From an uncultured Bacillota bacterium (GTDB lineage Bacteria; Bacillota_I; Bacilli_A; RFN20; CAG-826): 64,000 nucleotides of DNA. The stretch's first letter is position 1. Each line of letters starts with the position of its first letter. The notes beneath the pieces are model-generated. The model was not told the DNA's origin, did no database searches, and saw only the letters and a program-made list of their open reading frames with translations. Shown here one piece after another: positions 44,688 through 55,048 of the stretch. Where the stretch lies: the NCBI GenBank assembly GCA_949289845.1, contig CASEPN010000003.1:11154-75153 (forward strand), given 5' to 3'. Both the position numbers and the translations under genes were made by a program.

Positions 44688-46742
44688 TTAGGCTCCGTAG
44701 GCGTCGTTGTTGACGAAGTGGAGGGTGATCGTGCTCTCGGTCTGGTCGACGACCGAGAAGGTCCAGTTGAGGCTCGTCCCGTCGTTGAAGAACATGCCCT
44801 TCCTCTCGAGCCCGGTCTCGGGGTCGATGGTGTCCGGGTTCTTGTAGAAGTCCCTCATCTTGTAGGTGGAGTAGGTGCTGCCGCCGTAGCGCTCCCTCTC
44901 GGGCATGCTCATCTCGTCGGCGAACTCCTCGCTCCCGAAGAGGTTGGTCATCTCGCCGAAGAGGTTGTAGTACTGGGCGTTCCCGTAGAGGCTGTCGGTG
45001 CCGCCGGCGAGGATCGCGGAGATCTCGCGGTAGGGGGCGCCCGCCACCTTCTTGCCGTCGAGGGTGATGCGCTCGCTCCGGCTCCCGGTGTTGTCGGTCA
45101 GGAACTCGCTGGCGCCATAGGTGACGCCCTCGATGGTCTCGGCCTGGTCGCGAATCTCGTCGGTGTACTCCCAGCGGGCGACGCCGTTCTCGGTGACCTG
45201 GGTCCCGAGCCTCGCGTCGACATGGAACACCTGGAGCCCGGGGTACTTGTAGGTGCCACCGTGGGCGTTGAAGTTCTCCTGCTGGCTCCACTCCGGGTAG
45301 CCGGTGCTGTCCTTCTCGTTCACGCCGGTCGGGGTGTAGTACTGGAGGATGAGGTACTCGTCGTAGGGGGTCTCGTTCCAGGGGTCCTCGGTGGTGTTCC
45401 TCACGAGGAGGAGGTCGCCGGTGTCGGTGAAGGAGCCGAGGGTGATGGTGAAGTCGTCGCTGGAGCCGTCGACTACTTTCAGGTGGACGCCGTTCGCCTC
45501 CTCGTCCTCGGCGAGCCAGTTGAAGAGCATCTTCGAGTAGCCGTTATGGTCGCCGACGTTCATGTCCATCATGTCGACGCAGCCGGCCACGCCCTCGGAG
45601 TTCCCGCCCGTCGAGCTCTCGTCGTAGGAGTAGTAGTCGTTGAGGCCCATCTGGTGGCCGTTCTCATGGATGATCGTGTGCGCGTCGATGGGAGGGTTGT
45701 AGTAGCTCTTCTTCATCATGTCGTACTCGCTCCAGAAGAAGCGGTTGGGGTCGGGGTCGTTGACGTCCGCGGACACGTTCCGGTGCTGGTCGATGGTGGT
45801 CGTGTAGTTCCACCAGATGTCGGAGGCGTTGGGGTTCTCGCTGGTGTTGGCCTTGGTGGTCTTGTAGATGAGGTTCACCCCGTCGATCCAGCCGTCCTTG
45901 TCATAGTCGTAGTCGGTCGGGCTCTCGCCGGTCCGCTGGAAGTAGTCCTGGGCGGCCTGGTAGCAGATTTCCGCGGACGCTTTGACGCCGATCCGATCGG
46001 CTTCCGCGACCGTGTAGGTCGAGACGTAGGTGTCGGCGACGTGCCCCTGGATGTCGAGAAGGCCGTAGGAGCTCTTGTAGTAGTAGCTCTTGAGGGACTC
46101 CCAGCCGGTCTCCTCGCTTTCGCCGAAGAAGGCCGCCTCGATGTCCGCGAGCTCCTCCTCGGTGTAGTTGTTGCCCTGCTCCATGTCCTTGAAGATGACG
46201 GGGATGACGAGCATCTTCGGGGTGCCGTAGGCGGGGAACTTGCCCACGCCTAGGGAGCCGATCGCCGCGTGCTTGCTCACCTCGGTCCCGGCGAGATCCT
46301 CGTGCCAGTAGGACTTGTAGCCCTTCCCCTCGGAAGCGGTCTCCGGGGTCGTCTCGTAGACGGTGAAGGTGACGTCCGCGTCACGCTGGATGACGAAAGC
46401 GTTGCAGTTGTAGGTGCCCGCGGGGAGGGCGTCCCCGGCACCGTACGTCTTCCCGTCCTGGTCGGTGATGGTGAAGGTGATGTAGTTCGGGACGTAGGTG
46501 TAGTCGGTGGTGACGCCCCGGTCGGTGTACTTCACGGTCGGGCGGCAGCCGTCGAAGAACGTCGCCCCCTCGGGGATCGAGTCCCTCTCGAGGGTGAAGG
46601 TGACGTAGCGGGTGGGGGTCGCCGCGGAGGAGGAAGAGGAGCCCTCGCTCACGGACGAGCTGCTCGAGTCGGGGTCGGTGACGCAGGAGGCCAGCGCGAG
46701 GACGGCGAGCGCGGAGGCCATGATCAGTGCGGGTTTTTTCAT
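44688..46742 (-). CDS. M6-family (immune inhibitor A-like) zinc metalloprotease lipoprotein
   Basis: Lipobox ALASC; KMLVIPVIF, SLKSYYYKSSYGLLDI.G, DYDKDGWIDG, HENGHQMGLNDYY, DMMD.N.GDHN.YSK, EYLILQYYTP. The start is reassigned to 46742. Confidence 0.9.
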   Translation of the reverse strand: MKKPALIMASALAVLALASCVTDPDSSSSSVSEGSSSSSAATPTRYVTFTLERDSIPEGATFFDGCRPTVKYTDRGVTTDYTYVPNYITFTITDQDGKTYGAGDALPAGTYNCNAFVIQRDADVTFTVYETTPETASEGKGYKSYWHEDLAGTEVSKHAAIGSLGVGKFPAYGTPKMLVIPVIFKDMEQGNNYTEEELADIEAAFFGESEETGWESLKSYYYKSSYGLLDIQGHVADTYVSTYTVAEADRIGVKASAEICYQAAQDYFQRTGESPTDYDYDKDGWIDGVNLIYKTTKANTSENPNASDIWWNYTTTIDQHRNVSADVNDPDPNRFFWSEYDMMKKSYYNPPIDAHTIIHENGHQMGLNDYYSYDESSTGGNSEGVAGCVDMMDMNVGDHNGYSKMLFNWLAEDEEANGVHLKVVDGSSDDFTITLGSFTDTGDLLLVRNTTEDPWNETPYDEYLILQYYTPTGVNEKDSTGYPEWSQQENFNAHGGTYKYPGLQVFHVDARLGTQVTENGVARWEYTDEIRDQAETIEGVTYGASEFLTDNTGSRSERITLDGKKVAGAPYREISAILAGGTDSLYGNAQYYNLFGEMTNLFGSEEFADEMSMPERERYGGSTYSTYKMRDFYKNPDTIDPETGLERKGMFFNDGTSLNWTFSVVDQTESTITLHFVNNDAYGA

Positions 46743-46843
46743 ATCAGAAAGAAAAATCTCCTTTCGCGCCGGCAATATACCCGAAAGGCTTTCCCTTTCA
46801 AGGCTTATTTCCCGCGCCTCGGAAGGAGGGGTATCATCCTCCC

Positions 46844-47275
46844 ATGCGGTTCGACTGGAGGAAGGTCCTGATCAGCGGGGGGATCGCCCTCGGGCTTTTT
46901 CTAATAGTCTTCCTGGCCGTCTACCTCGGGCAGGGGCTGGCGCGGGCCGGGGCGGGGGAAGGCCCCGCCTACGAGGGCTGGTGGCACGCCTATGACATCC
47001 TTTCGAACAGCTTCTTCGCCGGGGGAGCGGTCCTCCTTGGCTTTCCTGCGCTCCTCTGGATCGGGAGGATGGGGACCTTCGACGTCTTTTCCTATAGTTT
47101 CTACCGCCTCGCGGAAAGCTTCCGGAAGAGCGGGGAGAAGCGCTACCAGACGGCCGCGGACTACCACCTCGAGAAGATGGAGAGGCGCTCCAGGAACAAG
47201 CCCGTTCTTTGGCCCTACTTCGCCCTCGGGGCCATCGCCCTTGTCCTCGCCATCGTCTTTTCCTCGCTCGCGTAG
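46844..47275 (+). CDS. DUF3899-like membrane protein
   Basis: Three TM; LSNSFF..G...G...FD.F.Y.F motif; typical opp neighbour. The start is reassigned to ATG 46844, 6 nt after TATCAT. Confidence 0.72.
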   Translation: MRFDWRKVLISGGIALGLFLIVFLAVYLGQGLARAGAGEGPAYEGWWHAYDILSNSFFAGGAVLLGFPALLWIGRMGTFDVFSYSFYRLAESFRKSGEKRYQTAADYHLEKMERRSRNKPVLWPYFALGAIALVLAIVFSSLA

Positions 47276-47411
47276 GCGCGCGTTACCTTCTTTATAACTT
47301 CCTCCCGGCGTTGGCTAGAAAAGGAAAATAATCGTTGACATGCGCTAGGTTCTCCGGATATTAGCCGTGCGGATTTTTCCGCGCCCATTTAGAAAGAAAG
47401 GAGAAATCGCC

Positions 47412-50132
47412 ATGAAAAAGACGATTGGACTGGTGCTCCTCGCCGGCGCGGCCATGCTTCTGGCAGGCTGCGACCAGCCGGGAACCAGCGATACCGGCTC
47501 GGGCAGCACCGGCGGAAGCGCTTCGATCGACATCGGCGACTACGAGTACGCCGACGGCATCCTCGACTACCAGGGCGCCGACGTCGAGACGAAGTCGGAG
47601 ATCCTCGCCGCGATGGAGAAGTACGCCATGGACAGCCACCTGGCCGGCATCCCCATCTACGATGATGCGGGCTACACCCTCTATAGCCCCCGCCTAACCC
47701 TCCCCACGGACAAGTACATCCCGAACTACGGGTATGGATCCGGGGAAGGGACGATCGATGCGAACGGACCGATGGCCAACGGGAAGACCGCGGCCGAGAA
47801 CGGTGTTCTCTACCCGACCTATTACCAGGGGTACGCGCTCGACGATTCCGGCACCTTCAACGCCTGGGACTCCCAGGGCGAGGACGTCACCGGGAAGAGC
47901 GGGATGGTGAGCGCCTCCTACTTCGGCGTTGCGATGAACGAGACGAAGGACAACTTCTACTGGAGGAACGACCTTTCCAAGGACGAGCGCCCGATCATGC
48001 TCGACGAGAACGGGAACGAGGTCGCTTACACCGAGGGCGCCACGAGCCGTTTCTGGAGGGTGCACCTTTCCACGGGCGAGGACGACGGGAACGGCGTCCA
48101 GTACTGCTATGCCCTCAGCGAAAAGAGTCCTTACTACGCCGAGTTCAACGGGAGGCCGATCCGCCTCGAGGACTACCTGACCCCCTTCAAGGTCATGCTG
48201 GACGCCGGGCTCACCCGCGCGGCGAACCTCGTCCAGGATAGCTCCGGCTTCGCCGGCGCCTACGACTACTTCTACTCGACCGCTGACAAGCGCGACTGGT
48301 CCCAGGTCGGGATCCAGATCAACGAGGCGGAGGGCTCGCTCGACTTCGAGTTCGTCACCCCGCAGACCCAGTTCTACGCGATGTACAATCTCGCGAGCTC
48401 TCTCTACGCCCCGGTCCCCGCGGAGTTCATCTATCGCGTCGGCGGCGGCACCAACGACCTCCCTGACGACACCTCTCTCGACGTGACCCAGGAGGAGGCC
48501 GCCTCGCTCGACCCGAGGTGGAACTCCATCATCACTTCGGGCGGCAGCAACTTCGGCCGCATCCAGAGCGGCACCCCGGAGCAGGCGGTCGCCAACATCA
48601 TCTCCACCGGCCCCTACGTGGTCGACAGCTGGGAGCAGAACAAACTGTGCGTCTATTCCAAGAACGACACCTACTTCCGCGCTTCCGACTACCACTACGA
48701 GGGCTACGTCGAGACCGTCTTCCAGGACAATGAGGAGAACGCCTGGAAGGCTTGGGTCGCGGGCAAGCTCGACGACATGACCGTCCCTAGCACCTACATC
48801 AACGAAGCGAAGCCGGGCGGAACCTACAACAGCATGGCCTACCCGACCGAGGGGACGACCACGATCAAACTCAACGTCAACTCCTGCACCCAGGAAGAGT
48901 GGAACTACTACTTCGGTCCGAACGGCTCGATGGTCCAGAATCGCACCTGGCAGGTCAAGCCCATCATGAGCAACGACAACTTCCTTGATGGCGTCTTCTT
49001 CGCCATCGACAGGAAGGCCATGGCCGACGAGCTCGGGCGGAACCCGGCCCTCGGCTACCTCTCCTCCGCCTACAAGATCGACCCGGAGAACGATCTCTCC
49101 TACCGCGACACCCCGCAGGCCGAGGCGGTCCTCGATCCCTACGTCAATGCGACGCCGGACAACGACTACGCCTACGACCAGGGTCTCGCCGCCCAGCTCT
49201 TTGCCCTTGCGATCGAAGAGGAGGTCGCCGCCGGGAACTACGAGAACGGCGATGTCATCCGCCTGACCGCCAAGTGGCGCTACCAGAGAACGATCGACGA
49301 CATCGGCTCCTACCTCAAGAACTACATCGAGACCGCCTGGGACGAGGCCTGCGAGATCACCGGCTATGACATCGACCTCATCATCGACAACGTCGTCGCC
49401 GGCTCCTCCTACAACGACTGCTACACCGCGATGAACAACGGCGAGTACGACTTCGCCGAGGGCGCCATCACCGGCAACGTCCTCAACCCGATCGAGTTCA
49501 TGAGCGTCGTCTGCACCAACAGCCGCGCCCAGGGCTTCAACACCAACTGGGGTGAGAGGACCGATGTGGTGAGCGAGGAGAACCCGATCCTCTTCGACGG
49601 GAAGATCTGGTCCTTCGACGCGCTCTACGTGGCCGCCAACGGCGCCGCCATCGTCCGGAGGGGCGTCAACATCGACCCGGTCAACGTCGAGGAAAGCTAC
49701 GGCGAGACCAGGGATGAGAACACCAGGTTCCGCTTCAGCCTGCCGGGCCTCGTCGACGATGAGGGCGCGCCGCTCATCCACTACGACATCAACTACTTCT
49801 GGCTCCTCGGGAGCATCGGCGGAGGCATGAGCATGTACTACGCCGACGCGACCTCGCTCCTCTACCTCGAGGGCTCCTCGAACCCTGACCTCGCGCCGAA
49901 CGAGGGTCAGGCCGCCTTCACCGCCACCCTCAGCGACCGCTGGCTGACCATCACCTGCGAGACCGCCTGGCTCCAGGCCCAGATGGACGGGCTCCAGCAG
50001 GCGGGCGAAGTGTTCGACGGCATCCAGATCATGATCTACATCGAGGCGAGCTACTCCGGGATCAGCAAGGGCCAGAGCGTCCTCAAAACCATCCCTTACG
50101 AGAACATCGGCCTCGTCTCCGGGGGCAAGTAA
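47412..50132 (+). CDS. oppA: Oligopeptide ABC substrate-binding lipoprotein, unusually large (906 aa)
   Basis: SD AAGGAG; lipobox LLAGC; ISTGPYVV..W, KLNVNSC, F.FAIDR..MA, GQ/EYDF motifs; heads the opp operon. Confidence 0.85.
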   Translation: MKKTIGLVLLAGAAMLLAGCDQPGTSDTGSGSTGGSASIDIGDYEYADGILDYQGADVETKSEILAAMEKYAMDSHLAGIPIYDDAGYTLYSPRLTLPTDKYIPNYGYGSGEGTIDANGPMANGKTAAENGVLYPTYYQGYALDDSGTFNAWDSQGEDVTGKSGMVSASYFGVAMNETKDNFYWRNDLSKDERPIMLDENGNEVAYTEGATSRFWRVHLSTGEDDGNGVQYCYALSEKSPYYAEFNGRPIRLEDYLTPFKVMLDAGLTRAANLVQDSSGFAGAYDYFYSTADKRDWSQVGIQINEAEGSLDFEFVTPQTQFYAMYNLASSLYAPVPAEFIYRVGGGTNDLPDDTSLDVTQEEAASLDPRWNSIITSGGSNFGRIQSGTPEQAVANIISTGPYVVDSWEQNKLCVYSKNDTYFRASDYHYEGYVETVFQDNEENAWKAWVAGKLDDMTVPSTYINEAKPGGTYNSMAYPTEGTTTIKLNVNSCTQEEWNYYFGPNGSMVQNRTWQVKPIMSNDNFLDGVFFAIDRKAMADELGRNPALGYLSSAYKIDPENDLSYRDTPQAEAVLDPYVNATPDNDYAYDQGLAAQLFALAIEEEVAAGNYENGDVIRLTAKWRYQRTIDDIGSYLKNYIETAWDEACEITGYDIDLIIDNVVAGSSYNDCYTAMNNGEYDFAEGAITGNVLNPIEFMSVVCTNSRAQGFNTNWGERTDVVSEENPILFDGKIWSFDALYVAANGAAIVRRGVNIDPVNVEESYGETRDENTRFRFSLPGLVDDEGAPLIHYDINYFWLLGSIGGGMSMYYADATSLLYLEGSSNPDLAPNEGQAAFTATLSDRWLTITCETAWLQAQMDGLQQAGEVFDGIQIMIYIEASYSGISKGQSVLKTIPYENIGLVSGGK

Positions 50133-50150
50133 GCCTCCAAGCGTCCTATC

Positions 50151-50183
50151 GGGCGGGGGAGCCGGCAGGCTTCCCTGCCCTTT
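50151..50183 (+). terminator. 13-bp hairpin between oppA and oppB (partial terminator or stabiliser)
   Basis: GGGCGGGGGAGCC-ggca-GGCTTCCCTGCCC-TTT. Confidence 0.65.
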
Positions 50184-50241
50184 CAAACTTATCCCGGGTA
50201 AAATCCCGGTGGAAACCTTGCGGGAGGATAGATAACCGAAG

Positions 50242-51291
50242 ATGGCCAAGTACGTTGCGAAACGCATATTGCTCATATGCCTGACGGCGTTCATCGTCCT
50301 TTCGCTCACCTACATCCTCATCCAGTACCTTCCCCTGGTCGAGCCGATGGGGAGCGCCTCCGCGCGCATCGCCTTCTGGAACGACCAGGTGAGCCTCGGC
50401 TACTACACGGTCGTCGACCCGATCCGGGCGCAGGCTGGCCTTGACGCCTATGATGTCTCCTTCAACGACGGGACGAACTGGTACTTCTACGCGGCAAGGC
50501 CTGTATGGGACCGCTACGTTGCCTGGCTCGTCAACATCTTCACCAAGTGGAACTGGGGCGTCTCGACGAACCTTTCCGTCGGGCGGAGCGCGATCGAAAT
50601 CATCATGCAGCGTCTTCCCGTCTCGATTGAGCTGAACATCATCTCTATCGTCGTTTCGATTCCCTTGGGCCTCGCGCTCGGGATCCTCGCGGCCCTCAAG
50701 AAGAACACCTGGGTGGACGACGTCATCTCGACGGTCGTGATGATTTTCATCTCCGTCCCTTCCTTCGTCATCATCTCTTTCCTTCTCATCATCTTCTCCT
50801 ATAACCTCGGCTGGCTCCCCGGCGTATGGCCGAGCAACAATGAGGCGGCGGCAAATCCGGGGATGGCTGCGCTTGCCTACATCATCCCGGTCGGCGCCTT
50901 GTCCTTCGGCTCGATTGCCGGCTTCGCCCGCTATACGAGGGCGGAGCTTTGCGAGGTGATGTCGAGCGAGTTCCTTCTCCTTGCGAGGACGAAGGGCCTC
51001 ACGAAGTCCCAGTCCGTCATCCGCCACGCGATGCGGAACTCGATGGTGCCGATCGTCCCGATGATCATCGGGCAGTTCATCTCCATCCTTTCCGGCTCGA
51101 TGATCCTCGAGCAGCTATACGGGATCCCGGGCATCGGCTCCCTCTTCGTGAAGGCGCTGGAAGGAAGCGACTACTCCGTGGTCATGGTGGACATGGCCAT
51201 CTACACCTTGATCGGGCTCGGGGCGACGCTCCTCGTCGATCTGAGCTACGGCATCGTCGATCCTAGGATCCGCATGGGGGCGAAGAAGTGA
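50242..51291 (+). CDS. oppB: Oligopeptide ABC permease
   Basis: WNWGVS, ARYTRAEL..V..SEF..LARTKGL, ILEQLYGIPGIG, VDPRIR. Confidence 0.95.
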   Translation: MAKYVAKRILLICLTAFIVLSLTYILIQYLPLVEPMGSASARIAFWNDQVSLGYYTVVDPIRAQAGLDAYDVSFNDGTNWYFYAARPVWDRYVAWLVNIFTKWNWGVSTNLSVGRSAIEIIMQRLPVSIELNIISIVVSIPLGLALGILAALKKNTWVDDVISTVVMIFISVPSFVIISFLLIIFSYNLGWLPGVWPSNNEAAANPGMAALAYIIPVGALSFGSIAGFARYTRAELCEVMSSEFLLLARTKGLTKSQSVIRHAMRNSMVPIVPMIIGQFISILSGSMILEQLYGIPGIGSLFVKALEGSDYSVVMVDMAIYTLIGLGATLLVDLSYGIVDPRIRMGAKK

Positions 51292-53255
51292 GTATGGACT
51301 GGTTCAAGAGAAAGAAAGCCAAGGCGGCCCCCGTCGAGGATAGGCTCGCCTTTTCCGCCGAGCAGGACTTCTCCTTCGTCCAGCTCGACAAGTCGATCCA
51401 CGACGTCAAGTTCGAGACGAAGCCGACGACCTTCTTCAAGGACGCCTTCAAGCGCTTCTGCAAGAGCAAGAGCAGCGTGACCGCCGCGATCATTCTCGGC
51501 GTCCTCATTCTCATGGCGGTCATCGTCCCGATCGCCGACGGGAACGACATCTCGCGCTCGAACAACATCACCGAGAGCCACTACCTCCCGCCCAAGTGGT
51601 TCCCTTCCGGGACCGGATGGATGGACGGGACGGAGTGGGTGAGCGGCGTCACCCTCGATCCGGCGACGATGCGGCCGGTCCAGACGGACGGATCCGTCTA
51701 CCGCGACGAGGCGATCGTCTCCGACATCGAAGTGACCGAGGACTACCTCAGCCAGAAGTCCGAGGGCGTCCTCAAGTACGGCCAGGGCGGTGCGGTGACC
51801 TTCTTCCCGACGAAGGAAGGTTTTGACGTGGACTACATGTCAGATGTCTTCACATACCTCCCTATCAACGAGACGGAAGTTGCCTACTCCTTTGAAAAGG
51901 AGGCGACCGAGACCCTTGGGGGGAATCCTCTCTGGACCCCGGTCCTCTATGTCCAGGACGATGCCGGGCAGTGGGTCGTCGGCCATGAGCTCCAGGAGGC
52001 GGGGAGGTCCTATGAGGATTGCTCTTTCGACCTTGGGGAGATTCTTGCTGACGTTGTGACGGAGGCTACCGATTTCCGTTTCGGCGTCCACGTCGAAGGC
52101 GAGGAGGGGAAGCAGACCTCCCTCTACCTCAAGAGCGCCGCCCTTGAGGTCAACGGGGCCGTGAACGAAAACGTTTCCTTCACCGACGCGACCGCCCTCC
52201 TCGGAGGACGTTCCTCGAGCTGGACTCTTGTCTCGCAGGGCGCCCAGACCGGCATCTACCGGAGCAAGATGCTCCTCGGGAGCTTCCGCTACGACAAGTA
52301 CGAGGCTGCCTTCGGGGAGGACACCGCGACCTTCACGAGCACGGAGGTCGACGCCTTCATCAAGCGCGGCTGGATGACCTACACCTGGGGCGACGTCTCC
52401 TCCTTCGCCCTCACCGAGGAGGGGGAGACGTACTGCCCAATCCGCACGGTGGACCGCGAGAGCACAAGCAGCTGGGGCGACGTCAGCTCCCGGAGCCTAA
52501 CCGGCACGAGGAGCCGCTACCGCTACCTCTACTACCAAGGCTACATCGCCGAGTGCACCGACCAGATCTACTACCTCTTCGGGACGAACGCCCAGGGGCA
52601 GGACTTCTTCAAGATCGTCTTCTCCGGTCTCCTCACCTCCCTTGAGCTCGGCTTCCTCTGCGCGATCATCAACATCACCGTCGGCGTCGTCTGGGGCTCG
52701 ATCTCCGGCTACTTCGGCGGCTGGGTCGACCTGCTCATGGAACGCGTCGCCGAGATCCTGGGAGGGGTGCCATTCATCGTCATGATGACCTTGATCGTCC
52801 TTCTCCTCGGATCGAACTTCTGGACCTTCCTCCTGGGCCTTTGCCTGACAGGATGGATGGGGATGGCCGCGACGACCAGAAGCCAGTTCTACCGATTTAA
52901 AGGGAGGGAGTACGTCCTTGCCTCAAGGACATTGGGCGCGAGCGACGCCAGGCTCATCTTCCGCCACATCCTCCCCAACGGCATCGGCATCATCATCACA
53001 TCGGGCGTATTGATGATTCCTTCCGTCATCTTCAGCGAGGCGACGATCAGCTACCTCCTCCCGGGCGTCCTCGCCTTCCAGGGGAGCCAGAGCTTCGGCG
53101 TCACCATGTCGACCGCCCAGCAGTCGATCAACACCTACCCCTACATGATCATCTCCGCCTCGATCGTGATGGCGGTCATCATGATCTGCTTCAACTTGTT
53201 CGGGAACGGCCTCCGCGACGCGTTCAACCCCTCGATGAAAGGAGCGCAGGACTAG
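51288..53255 (+). CDS. oppC: Oligopeptide ABC permease with a large extracytoplasmic insertion
   Basis: KDAFKRF.K.K.., FGTNAQGQDFF, EYVLASRTLGAS..RLIFRHILPN, GLRDAFNP; 655 aa. Confidence 0.93.
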   Translation: MSMDWFKRKKAKAAPVEDRLAFSAEQDFSFVQLDKSIHDVKFETKPTTFFKDAFKRFCKSKSSVTAAIILGVLILMAVIVPIADGNDISRSNNITESHYLPPKWFPSGTGWMDGTEWVSGVTLDPATMRPVQTDGSVYRDEAIVSDIEVTEDYLSQKSEGVLKYGQGGAVTFFPTKEGFDVDYMSDVFTYLPINETEVAYSFEKEATETLGGNPLWTPVLYVQDDAGQWVVGHELQEAGRSYEDCSFDLGEILADVVTEATDFRFGVHVEGEEGKQTSLYLKSAALEVNGAVNENVSFTDATALLGGRSSSWTLVSQGAQTGIYRSKMLLGSFRYDKYEAAFGEDTATFTSTEVDAFIKRGWMTYTWGDVSSFALTEEGETYCPIRTVDRESTSSWGDVSSRSLTGTRSRYRYLYYQGYIAECTDQIYYLFGTNAQGQDFFKIVFSGLLTSLELGFLCAIINITVGVVWGSISGYFGGWVDLLMERVAEILGGVPFIVMMTLIVLLLGSNFWTFLLGLCLTGWMGMAATTRSQFYRFKGREYVLASRTLGASDARLIFRHILPNGIGIIITSGVLMIPSVIFSEATISYLLPGVLAFQGSQSFGVTMSTAQQSINTYPYMIISASIVMAVIMICFNLFGNGLRDAFNPSMKGAQD

Positions 53256-53257
53256 CC

Positions 53258-55048
53258 ATGGATAAGAAGAGAAAGACTCTTGGCACCATCGACTATCCCT
53301 ACACCGTCGGGGAAGTCCCCGAAGGCCAGAACGCCGTCCTTTCGGTGCGGAACCTCGCGGTCAGCTTCCGGACGGACGAGGGGATGGTGCGCGCGGTCCG
53401 GGGGGTCTCCTTCGACCTCTACCAGGGCGAGACCCTCTGCATCGTCGGGGAGTCGGGCTCCGGGAAGTCCGTCACGAGCAAGACCATCATGGGCATCCTC
53501 GGGGCGAGCGCCCACATCGACTCGGGCTCCATCCTCTACGAGGGGGAGGATCTCACCAAGATCAGTGAAGAGGAGTTCCATAACATCCGCGGGACGAAGA
53601 TCGGGATGGTCTTCCAGGATCCCCTCTCCTCCCTCAACCCCATCATGAAGATCGGGAAGCAGATCACCGAGGTCATGATCATCAACGGGGACAAGGTCCG
53701 CCGGCTGAAGGATTCGATCACGAACGACGCCCTGATCGCCTTGAAGAACGACGAGCGCCTCCTTGGCCTCCTGAAGGAAGAGAGGAGGAGCGGGAAGAAG
53801 GAGATCCTTTCGCTCCGCAAGGAATACAGGGCCCTCGAGGAGAAGCCCGGGAGCGAGACGGAATACCTTGCTTCCAAGGGCTGGAGCGAGGAGAAGATCC
53901 TCGCCCTCGACAAGGAGTTCCCGACGAAGAAGAAGGCCCTTCTCGAGAAGATCGCCGAGGACAAGAAGGTCCTGCGCGAGAAGAAGAAGGAGGCTGCCCT
54001 GGCTGCCAGGAAGTTCCGTGCCGAGCAGCGCGCCAAGCACCTTGAAAAGGAGAAAGCCCTCCTCGCCCGCTTCCGCGTCTGGCTCCTTGGGAGGAAGCCG
54101 GAGGAAGGCGAAAGCGAGAACGACGTCCTCCTCAAGGGCCAAGGCGGGCTCAAGAGTTTCTTCCATAACCCTCTTAGGAAGGCCGAGATCCTCGCCCTTA
54201 GGAAGGAGTACGAGGAGAAAATCGCCGCGAATCCCTCCCTCAAGCGCTCGCTTTTGCGCGAAAGGAGGATAAAGGAAATCGAAATCCGGAGGAAATACGC
54301 CGGGAAGGAGACCCTTGGCACGCTTTACGGGGATTTCGTTTCCGAACGGCGGAGATATTTGAGCGACCTCCGGGTCACCCACGGGGACGCCAAGAGGCGC
54401 GCCCTCAAGATCATGGAGGAGGTCGGCATCGCCTACCCCGAGAAGCGCTTCAACCAGTACCCCTTCGAGTTCTCCGGCGGCATGAGGCAGAGGATCGTCA
54501 TCGCGATCGCCTTGACCGCCGACCCGGACGTCCTCATCTGCGACGAGCCGACGACCGCCCTCGACGTCACCATCCAGGCGCAGATCCTCGAGCTCATCAA
54601 CCGCCTCAAGAAGGCGAGGAACATGTCCGTCATCTTCATCACCCATGACCTCGGCGTCGTCGCTAACATGGCCGACCGCGTCGCGGTGATGTACGCGGGG
54701 AAGATCGTCGAGTACGGGACCGCGGAGGATGTCTTCTATCATCCCGCCCATCCCTACACATGGGCGCTCCTCTCCTCCATTCCCGACGTCGACAGCAAGG
54801 AAAGGCTCGAGGCCATCCCGGGCACCCCGCCGAACATGCTCTACCCGCCCAAGGGCGACGCCTTCGCCCTCCGGAGCAAGTACGCGCTCGGCATCGACTT
54901 CAAGGAAGAGCCGCCGATGTTCCGGATTAGCGACACCCACTACGCCGCCACCTGGCTCCTCGACGAAAGGGCGCCCGAGGCAGAGATGCCCGCGATTGTC
55001 CGCACGAGAATCCAGAACTCTTTGAAGGGAGGGAACCGCCATGAGTGA
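53258..55048 (+). CDS. oppD: Oligopeptide ABC ATPase with a charged insertion of about 230 aa
   Basis: GESGSGKS, VFQDP, YPFEFSGGMRQR, DEPTTALD, ITHD, HPYT.ALL. Confidence 0.93.
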   Translation: MDKKRKTLGTIDYPYTVGEVPEGQNAVLSVRNLAVSFRTDEGMVRAVRGVSFDLYQGETLCIVGESGSGKSVTSKTIMGILGASAHIDSGSILYEGEDLTKISEEEFHNIRGTKIGMVFQDPLSSLNPIMKIGKQITEVMIINGDKVRRLKDSITNDALIALKNDERLLGLLKEERRSGKKEILSLRKEYRALEEKPGSETEYLASKGWSEEKILALDKEFPTKKKALLEKIAEDKKVLREKKKEAALAARKFRAEQRAKHLEKEKALLARFRVWLLGRKPEEGESENDVLLKGQGGLKSFFHNPLRKAEILALRKEYEEKIAANPSLKRSLLRERRIKEIEIRRKYAGKETLGTLYGDFVSERRRYLSDLRVTHGDAKRRALKIMEEVGIAYPEKRFNQYPFEFSGGMRQRIVIAIALTADPDVLICDEPTTALDVTIQAQILELINRLKKARNMSVIFITHDLGVVANMADRVAVMYAGKIVEYGTAEDVFYHPAHPYTWALLSSIPDVDSKERLEAIPGTPPNMLYPPKGDAFALRSKYALGIDFKEEPPMFRISDTHYAATWLLDERAPEAEMPAIVRTRIQNSLKGGNRHE